A DNA stretch of 64,000 bases from Bispira polyomma (GCA_965649765.1 OZ287761.1:3658001-3722000); one strand, 5' to 3'; positions 51,406-63,745 are shown, counted from the first letter of the stretch. Numbers and translations are program-made. The notes: generated by a model from the letters alone, not told the origin.

Positions 51406-51967
51406 CAGGTGTGGACAGCTTAGCGGACTGTAAACAGCTTAGCGGACAGTAACTTAAAATGTACACAGTTTAACAGTTAACAAGTAATCTGACCCGTTTT
51501 GAATGCAAAGTCTTTACTTTAACGAAATCATCTGCAGAAGCGCCCACTGGGCGAAACGTCGAAATTAGAGAGAAATTGGGGGTGGGCGATTACGTGAGCA
51601 TTGGCCATTATGATGTAGGATGCCAGCAAAAAAGGTCAATAAACTGCGTCATACCCAAAATTACGTGGGTTGTTTATGTTGTAAACACTTGACTAAAATA
51701 ATATAATATGGATGTATTAGTTGGGGAAAGTAGTATTTATTAGGTAATTAAATTATATATTACTTTTGGTACGTATTTTTGTGTGTAAAAATGGGTGTTT
51801 AGAAGCTTTTTAGCACATTTTTTTGGGGGGTGGGCAATATTGTGACATAGAGCGTTTCCGCAGATGATTTCGATATATTTTACAGATGGCTTTTTAAATG
51901 CAACAAATTTTATGTTTTAAGTTACTGTCCGCTATCGCTGTCCCGTCCGCTAAGCTGTTCACCCCTG
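51406..51967. mobile_element. TA-flanked TIR element with an inner inverted-repeat element (51523-51872)
   Basis: cagg..gacagcttagcggac...gtccgctaagctgttcacccctg; inner cgaaatcatctgc...gcagatgatttcg. Confidence 0.8.
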
Positions 51968-52034
51968 TAATTTACTGACAACACAAGGCAAAACAACAAT
52001 AAAACTTATAGTGGCCTTTGCAGACAACACTTAC

Positions 52035-52154
52035 ATCTCTCCAGCGCTCTCAGTTCTGTTACCGTGGTTCTCGGCTTCCTGAATGCCGAGCCTAACTCGG
52101 TGGAGCGTAACTCCACTCCCCGACGTTTGTGGTTCAACTCAACCTCCACGGCGG
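52035..52154 (-). CDS. 120-nt symmetric unique-sequence exon (AVEVELNHKRRGVELRSTELG...)
   Basis: CTAAC branch point, polypyrimidine tract, cttgtag acceptor, T|gtaagt donor; phase 1-1. Confidence 0.8.
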
Positions 52155-54881
52155 CTACAAGAAAACGAGCAAGCAAACGAGTGCATCGGTTAGTGTGTTG
52201 TGTGACATGCAGCAGCAAAGAAATACACATATAAACAACAGATTTTACACAAACAAACTTCAACAACAAACATTAATAGCATTTTGCTCTTTCTCCCATG
52301 TGTGTGGTGTCTAGTATCCAGTATCCGGTAGTTGGTGGACAATTAGACATGTGCTCAATTAATCGTCGGTGATACTGCATGATCGTGGCCGATCAGTCTT
52401 AATTTTTGAATAATAGATTATACACCAAATACTGTTCCTAACTTCAACTAGTTTTTATGGCAAATAAAGCAATTTTTGTCACTTTTACGTTTTGTTTTCG
52501 TTTATGGCCATTGTTTGCTGGAAGTTATATAGGTTAGCGGTAGATACTAAATATCCAACATCTGAATCCAACCAAATTCTTACAGGATCACAATACATAT
52601 TCGTCCCAGGATGGCATGACGATATACCTTAGATATCTCAAACAATAGAATTTGGTGGATAATCGATTACAAGTCGATCATCGGTCGGACAATAAAGCAA
52701 TTAATCGACCTGTGAAATACAGACCAATTTCCAACACTAGTGTCCAGTATCCGGTCAGTATGTTGTGTACAACAGAAACATGCAAAAAATGAGTATACAC
52801 AGCGACATTTGTTTAACTACAGTAAAACTTGGGTAACTTGTATGTAATGATGTCATCAGCAGTCAAAAAATGGCATCACGATATCACCAGATTTTTATGG
52901 TGATATTAATATCATGATTAAAACTATGTATGTAAAATTCTTTTCCAAAAATTTGTTGGTTTCATTTATTTACATTGTACTTTTTTGGAATTCTTTTATA
53001 TTTATTTAGGAAATACTGACATTTTTACCTAAACTTATACCTTCTCTCGATGATGTCCCGATATCGTGGTACACGATGACGTCTCTAATTGTATGTAGCC
53101 AGTGATTATACGAAACAAAAAGAAAAATCATCTTTTTGTCCATTCAATTCATCTGTTTGTCTATTCACATACAACATGCTTTTACTTTGACAGTTATCAC
53201 TAGTACACGTTTTACTGTATGAAATTCCTCTGTGTTTTAGTTTTGGGTTTAACGTATCAGAATCAGCAGAAAATCGTATTAGGGTAGTTACTCAATCTTT
53301 TCTCATCTGCAAACCACCGGCCTTTAGCAAGTCTACTGCTAACTTTTCCAAACATATGGCAGGGCTAAGTTTTGAACCCACGACAGCAAAGGTGGGTGGC
53401 AAGTGTCTGTCACCAGTACACCACAGAGGCCCCCTATTAATAACTACGCATCACTAGTATATAAAGGAAATCAACTCTGCTGCAGCTTTTACTTTTAAGT
53501 ATTGTGGATATAGGTGTATATAGCTACATTGAGTAAATGCCGAAACAAGCTACAGATTTTTTGAGAATGAACTGTTTGCTATTTGTGACATTACGTGTTC
53601 CAAAGGTCAAATTAAGGTCAAATCGTTAACTGTTAACACTGCTATGCAGCAAATGATATTAAATATTAACTTCATCTTGTATCTGGGTCTTGACTCATTG
53701 GTCAAGCAAAATTCTTTAAACACATAGTCAAAATTGAAATATGGAAATTAAATATAAAGATTGTTAAAGATATTGGCATAACTCGAAGATCAACGTAAGT
53801 TCACAAAATAATTGTTTAAATGAATGTACTCTTTCAAATAAAACGATGTTTCAACAATAGACTATTGTGATATGGTGTAAAAGCAGAAATTTTAGGCTGC
53901 AAAAAAATTAATTCTGAACTTCTATGAAATTCAGTGGAATTAATCTTCACTATTATCCAAATCTTTAGTTGTAAGATCAATACAAAATTTGACTGTCACT
54001 GCGAGTTTATTTTATCCATTTAATCTCTTATAGCTAGCAATTATATTTCCCAGTGAAAATTTTTTCCACTTTTACAATAGTTCAGCCAGGGTTCATATGT
54101 ACGAGCCAAATACACCGGGCTTCCATAAAATGGCTGTGGGATTAAATATATATACTGATTATACAGATGTATATATAAGAACAATACAAAGTGCATCAAA
54201 AAATACATGGAACAACAACATTTAAAACAAGGGATAAACTAAATGACATGTAAACTTTACAAAACCAAAATAAAATAAAATAAAAAATATTCTTGCTTTT
54301 TACTTGGAAAAAACCATCAGTAACTCAAAATTAACAACACTTTGTGAATTCATAGCGATCAAGCACTAGTGACTACATGGAGTATATACAGATAATTTGG
54401 GCTAAATTTTTTTTGGGGGAAATTCACTAGACAGGGCATGACCATATTGAAAAAAGTAGTTCTCCCTACTATTACAGCATTAGGGTTTTTAGTGTTACGT
54501 ATCTATACACTAAATCCAATATGGTTGCTTCCCTTTCGAGTGAATTATAGAATCATTTCCAGAACTCACTACACACGCCACGGTCAAAATGAAAAGTAGT
54601 TTGTCCCTACTCTCATGGCATAAGGGGTTTTACTGCTGTCCTTTAGGGGGATCAGGAATATGTATTCATACGCCAAAATTAAAGATGGCCGCGCCCTGTC
54701 CAGTGAAACGTGGAATCTTTATCAAATTTGTTTTTTTTTTCTTTCCAAATGCGTATATACATATCTTATTAATGCTTGCACAACATAAACTTTGCCACAA
54801 CAAACTTTTGTGCGCTAATTAACTCATACACAGTTTACAAGCATCCCCGCGGACACAACAGCCAATCACATTAGAGCTTAC

Positions 54882-55068
54882 ATTTTGGAGCCTGTTTCAG
54901 TCTTGACCTCCAGTCCTCGTGTGGGATCACTACAAGGGTTGTCGAGCATTCGGCCTCTCCCAGTGGGTTCTTGGCAACCACTCGGATGGTTCCGTTGTCA
55001 TATTCACGTACTTTAGGGATCTCTAACACATTGATCATTCCATCGTACCTCAGTCGGAATCTGTTACC
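54882..55068 (-). CDS. sls: Ig C-half resembling the last kettin Ig (GNRFRLRYDG...EDWRSRLKQAPK)
   Basis: aaacag acceptor phase 0, T|gtaagc donor. Confidence 0.9.
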
Positions 55069-55344
55069 CTGTTTTTTTATATACAAGACAGAATATAAGG
55101 CATGGGTAGAAAGTTCTATTATCTGAACCCCTTAATGGGGGACTGATTGAATAATAGAATGTCCATAAAATAGGAAATTTCCAGAACATTGATCACACCA
55201 TGGCCATCCTTCTGTCTAAATCTACAACCCTGTTTTATTACAATAACAAACACAAGTTATTGCAGAATTCTATAATATTTTGGATATTTAACATCCACTC
55301 TAGTAACTTTTAGTAGGTTATATTGGGACGGGTTTTTTTTTTTA

Positions 55345-55540
55345 ATTTGGATATTTAACGCCCACTCTATTACCTGTTTAGGTTATATTGGGATGGGTAG
55401 TTGGAAACGCTGGAGGAAACACTGCATACAGTCGGTCAAGGTTCTGCACTGAAACCAGCGGCCCACAGTAAGGAACTACTACCTTTCCCACATAGGCATC
55501 GACGGGATTCGAACTCATGCCGCCCAGAGGTGAGAGACTT
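55345..55540 (-). mobile_element. SINE family 2 (other copies 7388-7545 and 56970-57166)
   Basis: Near-identical dispersed ~190-bp repeat with B box gttcgaatccc and A-rich tail. Confidence 0.8.
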
Positions 55541-55981
55541 CTATAATATTAATAGGTGGGGTTGCAAGCATCGCAGACCACTGTTTTTGGTATTGATGGA
55601 AAGCTTGGGCCCCAAAATTATTTAATCTGATATTTGTGTACGAGAGATAAACTGTTTTGAATGATAAGATCTTCATCAAACAGAGGTTTTCTCACTGTAA
55701 CACGATGGTTATAAAAGTTACAAAATCCTAAAATTCAGTAGAATGGTCTTACTTACCTTGACAATCATGCTTCTATTGAACCAACAGGTGAGTCTGGGAC
55801 AGGGATGACCACTGACTGTACACATCAACTTAACCATGTTCCCTTCTCCCACCCCCTCCCTGTTACTTATATTTTCAGCCAATCAAATCGGCTGTTACTG
55901 ACACTGACATTTTTCAGCCAATCAAATCGGCTGATAGTTACACTAACATATTCTCAGGCAATCAGATCGTTTGTTACTTAC

Positions 55982-56247
55982 ATTGAAAATCATGCTTCCG
56001 TTGACCCACCAGGTCAGCCTGGGACGGGGATGACCATTGACTTTACACATGAACTTGGCCGTGTCCCCTTCCTCCACCTGGCTACTTTCTGGCACGAGGT
56101 CAAAGACCGGAGGGGCCGGCTCGGGTCCCTCCTCGATGTATTCCTTCCTGACGTTATCTCTGCGGATCTGCTCCTCCATCAGGTGTAAGTTCATCACGCT
56201 CTCTTCCCCCTCAGGAAGCTGAGTGTCGGTAATCACGGACTCTTTGC
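55982..56247 (-). CDS. sls: Kettin linker + Ig N-half (KESVITDTQLPEG...KFMCKVNGHPRPRLTWWVNG)
   Basis: aatag acceptor, AAT|gtaagt donor. Confidence 0.92.
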
Positions 56248-56505
56248 CTATTTGGGGGGTAGAAATTTACACATTTTAAATGACATTATCTTGACCATTA
56301 GGAAGGTGGGTGTCGGTATTTACAGACTCTATTGCCTATTGTGGGTAAAAATTACACGTACAGTCAAACCCCTTTAAGTGGAATTATCTGTTAGGCAGAA
56401 GTTATTTTAAGGTTGAATTATCTGTTAGCTAGAAGTTATTTTAAGGTCCCATTATGAACCTTTAGGGTATTTACATACAATCAATGTGTACAATCTATCA
56501 CATAC

Positions 56506-56649
56506 CTGCGCACACTAGTTGGGCCTCAGTCTTATCTCTGCCGTACTTGTTGTAAGCCACACACGAATACACGCCACTATCTTCTGGGTACGTCCATGTG
56601 ATATCCAAGGCAACATACCCAAAGTCATACGTTAAGTTGAAACGAGTGC
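56506..56649 (-). CDS. sls: Kettin-type Ig domain, C-half (TRFNLTYDFGYVALDITWTYPEDSGVYSCVAYNKYG)
   Basis: Manual translation; ttctccag acceptor, G|gtatgt donor, phase 1-1. Confidence 0.92.
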
Positions 56650-56969
56650 CTGGAGAAAAGAATAAAACCACAATTAAATGATTTGATGAGTAATGCCAAA
56701 TCTGAAAATATAGATTGTTGGTACTTTTAATAGAGTCACTTTTACTTAATCATTTCTGTAACATTTTGAATCTGAGTTTAGTTGGGTTTTTACGGGGCTT
56801 TCAATAGGTCATATCACGATGGTTAGATTTAATGGTTGAAGAAACCAGTGCTGAAGCCATTGCAAACCACTGTGACCTACAGCAAGTACCTGACAAACTT
56901 TCTGGTAATAACAAAAGCCATCGCCTGCTAGCTGACAATATAGGGGTGGAATTTTTTTTTTTTTTTTTT

Positions 56970-57166
56970 AATTTGGATATTTAACGCCCACTCTAGTACC
57001 TGTTTAGGTTATATTGGGATGGGTAGTTGGAAACGCTGGAGGAAACACTGCATACAGTTGATCAAGGTTCTGTACTGAAACCAGCGGCCCACAGTAAAGA
57101 ACTACCACCTTTCCCACATAGGCATCGACGAGAGTCGAACTCACGCCGTCCAGAGGTGAGAGACCA
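56970..57166 (-). mobile_element. SINE family 2
   Basis: Matches 55345-55540; poly(A) tail seen as a T run at 56952-56969. Confidence 0.8.
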
Positions 57167-57841
57167 ATATAGGGGTTGAAAGGGTTATAACCGAACATAT
57201 ACAGAAGAGAAAAAATACCAGATATTTCGATAACAGAGGTTTGGATTCTCACTATAATGCCATTGCCAGATATGCGTTTACATATTGTACTGTACACAGG
57301 GAATATATGTGTATATTGTAGATGTGAAGAGAATACTCTACAATTGTGCATTGTGTAAGATCAGTGAGAAAAATCAATACTTCTAGTCACTGTGTTTATT
57401 ATGGGATATGTGAGGCCTTCGCATTTTACCTCCTACTTATGTGGTAAACTTTTTTAGGACTAAAGTGCTATTATAATTTACTGGAGCTAAAGACCAAAAT
57501 CTTAGTACTGTTATTGTTTATCTATGTTTTTTATCAGACAATGTTTTTGAAACATTACTCAATACACAAATCAATGGTACACATACTCATGGCTTGATGA
57601 AAAGTAGTAGCATATAATTATGTCTTGAGCAATAATAATACTGTTCACCTAAATGCTTTGAATAAACCTTTGTTGGACTGGCCACTTAAGGAATTCTTGA
57701 ATATATATTGATGGCAACTGTATTTTATAATTTACACTGTGCTCTGTATATATTAATGTAAATGGTCAAAAAAAAAAAATTTTATTCAAGTAAAAACCCC
57801 AAAAAAACTGTTGTAATTAGACCCGACTGGTTTCCACTTAC

Positions 57842-58095
57842 CATGTCTGAGTAGCACGCCATCTTTGTACCATTCCACCACCATGTCCGGGTCCCCAATG
57901 GGCACCAGTTTACACTCAAAATGAGCCCGGTCAGTCTCCTTTAGGCCCGCCTGTGGGCGGATGTGGCTCACAAAGTGGGCAGGTCTCGGGTGGTTTCGGT
58001 CAAACATGTCCCCTTCGTTGTCGTCGGGAACTCTCTGTGGTGGCGCCACCTGTACTGGTCTCACAGGGGCCGCATCCACAAAGTCGGGTGTAGGT
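57842..58095 (-). CDS. sls: Kettin-type Ig domain, N-half (RPAHFVSHIRPQAGLKETDRAHFECKLVPIGDPDMVVEWYKDG)
   Basis: ttttag acceptor, G|gtaagt donor, kettin-like motif. Confidence 0.92.
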
Positions 58096-58782
58096 CTAAA
58101 AAGGAAAAGCACATAATATTAACCTAAGAATTTCAATTTACTTGGGATTCTTTTTTCACAATGTCAACATTGGGGATTTCTTCTCATATCGTGAGAGCAT
58201 AATTATTAAATCTAAAAAGCGTTTTGATAATTTTCCAACGTTGATTTGAAGGTATGTAGTCACAATAGAGTCTTTAATGTTAGATTTTTTGCAGTAATCG
58301 CTTCCTGATAGGGAACTAATATGGAAGTCAATCACTAGTTTTTTACACAAATTCTATTGAATGTATCAGCTGAAAATAGAACAACGTGGGTTTCAAAATA
58401 TGTCCATTTTTAAGGTATAACGATAAAGTAAGGAGCACCACACAAAATTACTGCATATGAATAATTTTATCTTTTTAGCAAGTGACCTTGGATGGTGAAA
58501 ACAAAATAATTCCTAATGTGAAAACTTTAAATGGGATTGGGTTTTCAAAGTAAAGTGGCCAATATAGTGAAAATTAATTGCAGTGAATTTCTTTAAAATA
58601 TTTTTTACTACAGCACATGTATTTTACATACAACAACAATAATGTGAGCAACACGAGTAAATAGCACAGGCAACACATACCATGAGACAAAAGAAAACAC
58701 GAGGAAAAACAGTGAGGGAAGCATAGCAGTGGGCTTTATTATAACTTCAGGGAACCTGCAAAGGATTAGTTGAATGACTGGA

Positions 58783-59015
58783 ATCTAATCTAATCAATTC
58801 CATAATGGTGCTTAATCTCCGTACTGGCCAAGATTCTAAGGGGCAACAATCAAAATCATTATTCAGTATTTATGTTGTGGTGGACAAATAAAAGGGTCGT
58901 TGCCAGAGAGGGAGTCGATGATGGTAAGAGCGAGTAAAGAGGATATGCTTTTTGATAGAGATAGGTCTTGAGCTTACTTCTAAAAGTTGAAACAGAAGGT
59001 GAGCATCTAATATCT
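58783..59015 (-). mobile_element. 3' end of a CR1/L2-type LINE (shorter related copy at ~6420-6575)
   Basis: IRCSPSVSTFRSKLKTYLYQKAY resembles the CR1/L2 ORF2 C-terminus; ends in (gatta)n. Confidence 0.7.
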
Positions 59016-61007
59016 GAAACTCTCAACAGTTCTATCAAACTCACACACTAAGCAGTAGAACCTCTATTATCTGAACTCGTGAGGGAAGCAGAGGGAAGGC
59101 TTTCATATTATAACTATAGGGAAACCTGCCAAGGATTAGCTGAATGGCTGGAAAACTATCAACAATTCTATCAAATTCAAACACTAATAAACAGTAAAAC
59201 CTCTATTATCTGAACAAGTTGGGAGAGGAGCATTTCGTTCAGATAACAGAAAGGCTAATGAAAGAGAAGAGGGTATTTTAGTGTAAAACCATAGGAACTT
59301 GTAAATTTACTTTAGAGAAACAGAGTTGATAAATATCAAATATTTAGAAAACAGAAGATCGGATCATAAGTTTCATCCTTAGATTAAGCAAAATGTAGGA
59401 CTAACAAGCACATAATATTTCTGTGCGGGTCAGAATTTAGAGTTCAGACATAACCTTAAGCAAGAGATTCCAAAAACAATTGACCATATTTGCTCAGATG
59501 AAAGTTTTAAACCAAATTATAGAACAATATTGTTTCGTTTACTATTTCAATCTATATGAAACTGTTTGAAGGTTGATACTTTTGTTAGAGAATATGGAAT
59601 GCTCTGTGAAACCCTGTTAGAACAAGCAAAGTTCACCACAACCCAACGCTGACATTTAAACAATTACAACATCAAACATTGGGCCACTACACTACAACCC
59701 ATCGGCAAGCTGGGTATAAAAACACACACAATTTTATACAGTTCTTGAACTATATGGTTTAAGGGCTTGACATCTTTGTTAGAGATATAACAACAAGGCT
59801 TTGTGAATCCCTGGGCCCATATTCTCAAACGTATACTCAGCTTAAACTCATACTCAACTCAAATATAGGCCATGTGGAAATCATTATACATGGAAATAAC
59901 CTATACTTGTGACCATTCATTTTAATAGAGCTTTTAACACTGAATTCAAATATTAAGTCAGATTTTAGATATCTTGACTGTATCTAAAGTTATAGAGAAT
60001 CAAGATTTCAGTTAAGTATGAGTTTGAGCTGAGTATACGTTCGAGAATACCAGCCATGGTGCTGTATTCACAAAAGGTCTTAGTCTTAATTAAGTCTTAA
60101 GTTTAAAAGTTTTTTCGTCAGAAAAAGGTTAAGATTTTGATTTTTAGTCCCAGTCACAGTAAGAAGAAAATATGTTTAAAGCATTTTAAGTGTTAACTTT
60201 ACTCTTTAACACTAAGATTGTCAATGGTATCTTAAGGACGAGAAGTAGACGACACTTCTAGCGCATGGGCAGTGAAGTTGGTGAGAAAAATTTTAATAAA
60301 ATCACAAGACGGGCCTAGCCTCACTAGGCTTGAAACTCGTTAAAAACTGAGATGATTTTTATGGTCGAATATTTAGGTAAACAAAATAAAAGTATTAGTG
60401 AGGATAAGGAAAGGGTATTTCTCGCAATAAAAAGGTGGTCTTAAATATTTTAGACGGATATGTTAAGTTTCAGACTAAGATCTTTTGTAAGTACGGCCCC
60501 TGTTTGCACCATGAAATCCCCAGCAAAAAAACAAGCCACAAGTCTACACCAAAGAAATGTTGAACATAAAACAGTTATTACGCCATTAATTTTCTGTGAG
60601 GGTCACACCCCTCTCAGCAAGCTGGGGCGGTATTTACAAAACGTCTTAGTTTTAACTTAATCTTAATTTAGTCTTAATGTTTTGATCTCGGTCCCATTGA
60701 CAGTAAGAACACGTATTTAAGCGTTAGTGTTAACTTTGCTCTTAAACACTGAGACTAACAGTAGGCAAGTCTTAAATTCCATAAATGTTAAGCTCAGGGC
60801 AAAGATCTTTTAGTGAATACAGTCCCAGTTTGCGCTGTGAAATCCCCTGTAAAAAACAAGTCACATTTCCACACCAAATAAATGTTAAGAAACAACAAAA
60901 CAGTTGTTACGACATCCATTTCCTGTGAAGGTCACGACACAACATAAAACTCTCGGCAAGCTGGGAGTAGAAACACACGCAGGAGTCCGAGCATCATTGA
61001 CTCTTAC

Positions 61008-61223
61008 TTGTCCTGTTGCTGTACATATTTAGCCAGGTCAAACGGCTGAGGGGCCGCGGCCACCGGAGCCGCTTCACGCCTCATCATCGGCTCATCCACC
61101 AGAGGCCTGCGCTCCGGAGGGGGGCTAGGGGCCTGTCTCCATGGGAATGAGCCGTCCCTGGGGGGTGGGGTCGGGGACAAGATGATGTCCACACTCGCCC
61201 TCTTGGGTGGCTCAGAAGTGGGT
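61008..61223 (-). CDS. Pro-rich linker exon (PTSEPPKRASVDIILSPTPPP...KYVQQQD), phase 2-2
   Basis: caccag acceptor, AA|gtaaga donor, GC-rich open frame. Confidence 0.8.
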
Positions 61224-61729
61224 CTGGTGAAAACGAGCAGATTTGATCGGGTAAAATTTATTGTCGAGTTTAGGCGGACATTTAAAAAACATGTACATAC
61301 ACAAGCTTAAAATAAATGACATATTGAGATAATGTAAGACAGACACAAATAAAATACAAGTAACATACAATTAACATTTTGTGAAAGACTAAGTCGAAAA
61401 AGAGTAACTGATTCTAAGAATTTATCACTCAAAAATAGAGTGGGAAAAAATAGTGAGATTAATTAATGTTTATAAAGAAAAGAAAAGGACAAAATTTTAA
61501 CAAAGAAATTGAGGAAATTGTAAGAATTTTTACAGAATTAAATTGTTCTAAATTACAGTTTAAAAAGACATATTCACCCTATACCCCCCAGCTAGAACAT
61601 GTAACATAAACTTTGACATCAAATGATGTGAATAAATAATAAAATTACAGAAACATATACATACAGACAGTATCTTACACATAAAATGTAACCTCTTTAA
61701 GTAGAACCCCAAGGAAACCAGGAGAAATA

Positions 61730-61913
61730 CAGTGGAACCTCTGTTTTACGGACATCTTGGGAGGGTGAGAATTTGTTTGGATAATAGAAGGTCCGTAAAA
61801 TTGGAGTGGCATTTTAGTATGAAACATAGCCAAAAATAAGTTTAGGAGAGTAAAATTGAGCCCTTAAAATCGAATATTTGGATAATAGAGGGTTGGATAA
61901 TAGAGGTTCTACT
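61730..61913. mobile_element. Same MITE family (also 63843-64000, truncated by window)
   Basis: TIRs. Confidence 0.82.
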
Positions 61914-62105
61914 CTATCCCTAAACTGAAGCAGGACTTACCACTTAACAGGGTAGACTTCAAAAGAGAAGGTTTTTTTTTGTGGGACTTACAAATTGTTT
62001 TTCCACACATAAATCTAGAAATCGACTTGGACAGAGTTCTACTTGAAGGGGTTTTAATTCTTATATAAAATAAAACACTAAAATATGACAACAAACTAAA
62101 CTGAC

Positions 62106-62147
62106 CTTTTAGCATCTGGTGGTTTTGGCGACGTCAAATCCCTTGTT
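62106..62147 (-). CDS. 42-nt exon (TRDLTSPKPPDAK), phase 2-2
   Basis: ttcatttttccag acceptor and AAG|gtcag donor; open frame; phase matches next exon. Confidence 0.6.
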
Positions 62148-63526
62148 CTGGAAAAATGAAAAAAAAAAGATAAAAATATAATGCAACATTCAGAAGTATC
62201 TAAAATAAGGGTAATGCAACATTCAGAAGTATCTAAAATAAGGGCAAAGTAACTGGTTAAAATAACAGAGATAAAAAATAAATTAAAAAAATAAATGAGT
62301 ATTGCATCGTCAAAATTTGAAAAAATTAAAAGACAAGAAATTCAAATTTTTAAGGGTTTTAAAGGGTTGTTTGCAATAAGAGTAAAAACTGTTAAAACAG
62401 ATTGAGACTTTAAGATATTCATACCAAAAAGTAAAGCAGCTTCTAACAAAGGAGACCAAAAATTTAATGCCCCGTTCTTTTTCCACCTCAGTGAGGCGGA
62501 AGTTTCAACCATGCCCAAAACTTCCGCCTGTAAAAGGTTCAGGAAAGAAGTCGAAGTAGAGGGAAGTAATAGATAGGGTTTCCTGGGTTACGAGGTGATT
62601 TTCGAAATGATTTTTCCATACCGTCATAGTGTGAATGCCACATAACAGGCGGATTATACGTATATATAAAAACCCAACAAAACATTCAACATACAAAAAA
62701 AAAACCATGATGCTTTGGAATTGTAAACAATCTGAAATAAAACTTGTCAGTTTTTTTGTTTAATAGAATTGAAAACAAAACAGAAAGCATGATATAAACT
62801 GTCCAACCTAAAAGAAATTGAAAATAAAAAAAGGATTAATTTCAAAAACAGCAATATAAATTTAAGTGGCATTATTTTTTTTCTGTAAAAAAAGAAATGA
62901 AAACATGCTTTAACTTTTGACATGAATTCTCATTGGATATACAGTTTGTAGATGTAACACTTTACAGATAAATATCAAGCCTGAAAAATAAAAAGAAGCA
63001 AAAATATAGGGAAAACTTTGACGGAAAATGCAAAACACATACTTGTAACCTTGGCAACTAGAATAACCCCAAAATGATCCCATCAATGCCCCGAATCTAT
63101 CCGATACTCTTCTCCATAGACAGGAAGTAAAAGTAGGACCGCCTATTACTATACAAATAACGAGAATGGAAATATTTTGGATAGTAACAGTGTGTTCATC
63201 AAATGGTTTGGATAGTAGAGGTTCCACTATAGAAGATCTAGTAAGCATGCGCCAAAACTATGACAATTTTCGGAGACTTTGCATGCTTAAACACCCTAGA
63301 AATAGCATTAACAACATGCATAAGAAAATAACATCAGAGATGAAAAAAAACACCACAGCCTTCGGGTAAAACCCGACCATGACATTGTACACCTACACTC
63401 CCCTTTTTTTTAATTAAAAAAATAGTTTATTCCCCCTATTAAATCATTTTTCAGACACCGTGTGCATCGGGAAGAGCACCCAAATGAATATTTGTGTACC
63501 AAGAACATAGAGGCCGAAAAAATTTA

Positions 63527-63745
63527 AATTTGGTTGGGTTTTGTATCACTTTCAACAGATTAGGTCATATTTCATGATGGCCAGATTCAATGTTAGAAGA
63601 AACCAGTGCTGTAGCAAACCACAGACCTACAGCAAGGACCTGACAAACTTTCTTACATGAAGTAATGAACAGGGATTCACAAACCCACACACTGGTAAGA
63701 GAGGCCAGTGATTGGAATCTAACACTTTTAACCACTAGGCAACCA
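63527..63745 (-). mobile_element. SINE family 1
   Basis: Full length. Confidence 0.85.

Larger units (their letters stand above)
384..62147 (-). other. sls: Giant multi-exon titin-like muscle gene (sallimus/kettin/I-connectin class), partial; runs off both window ends
   Basis: 42 phase-compatible exons. Many I-set Ig domains (PP.F...L......G....F.C...G.P.P...W....D.G.Y.C.A.N..G). Kettin-type signatures FECKLVPIGDPDMVVEWYKDG, YDFGYVALDI, ITDTQLPEG and RFRLRYDG...EDWRSRLKQAPK, followed by long acidic repeat regions. Orthology is from recalled motif similarity, not a search. Confidence 0.8.
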
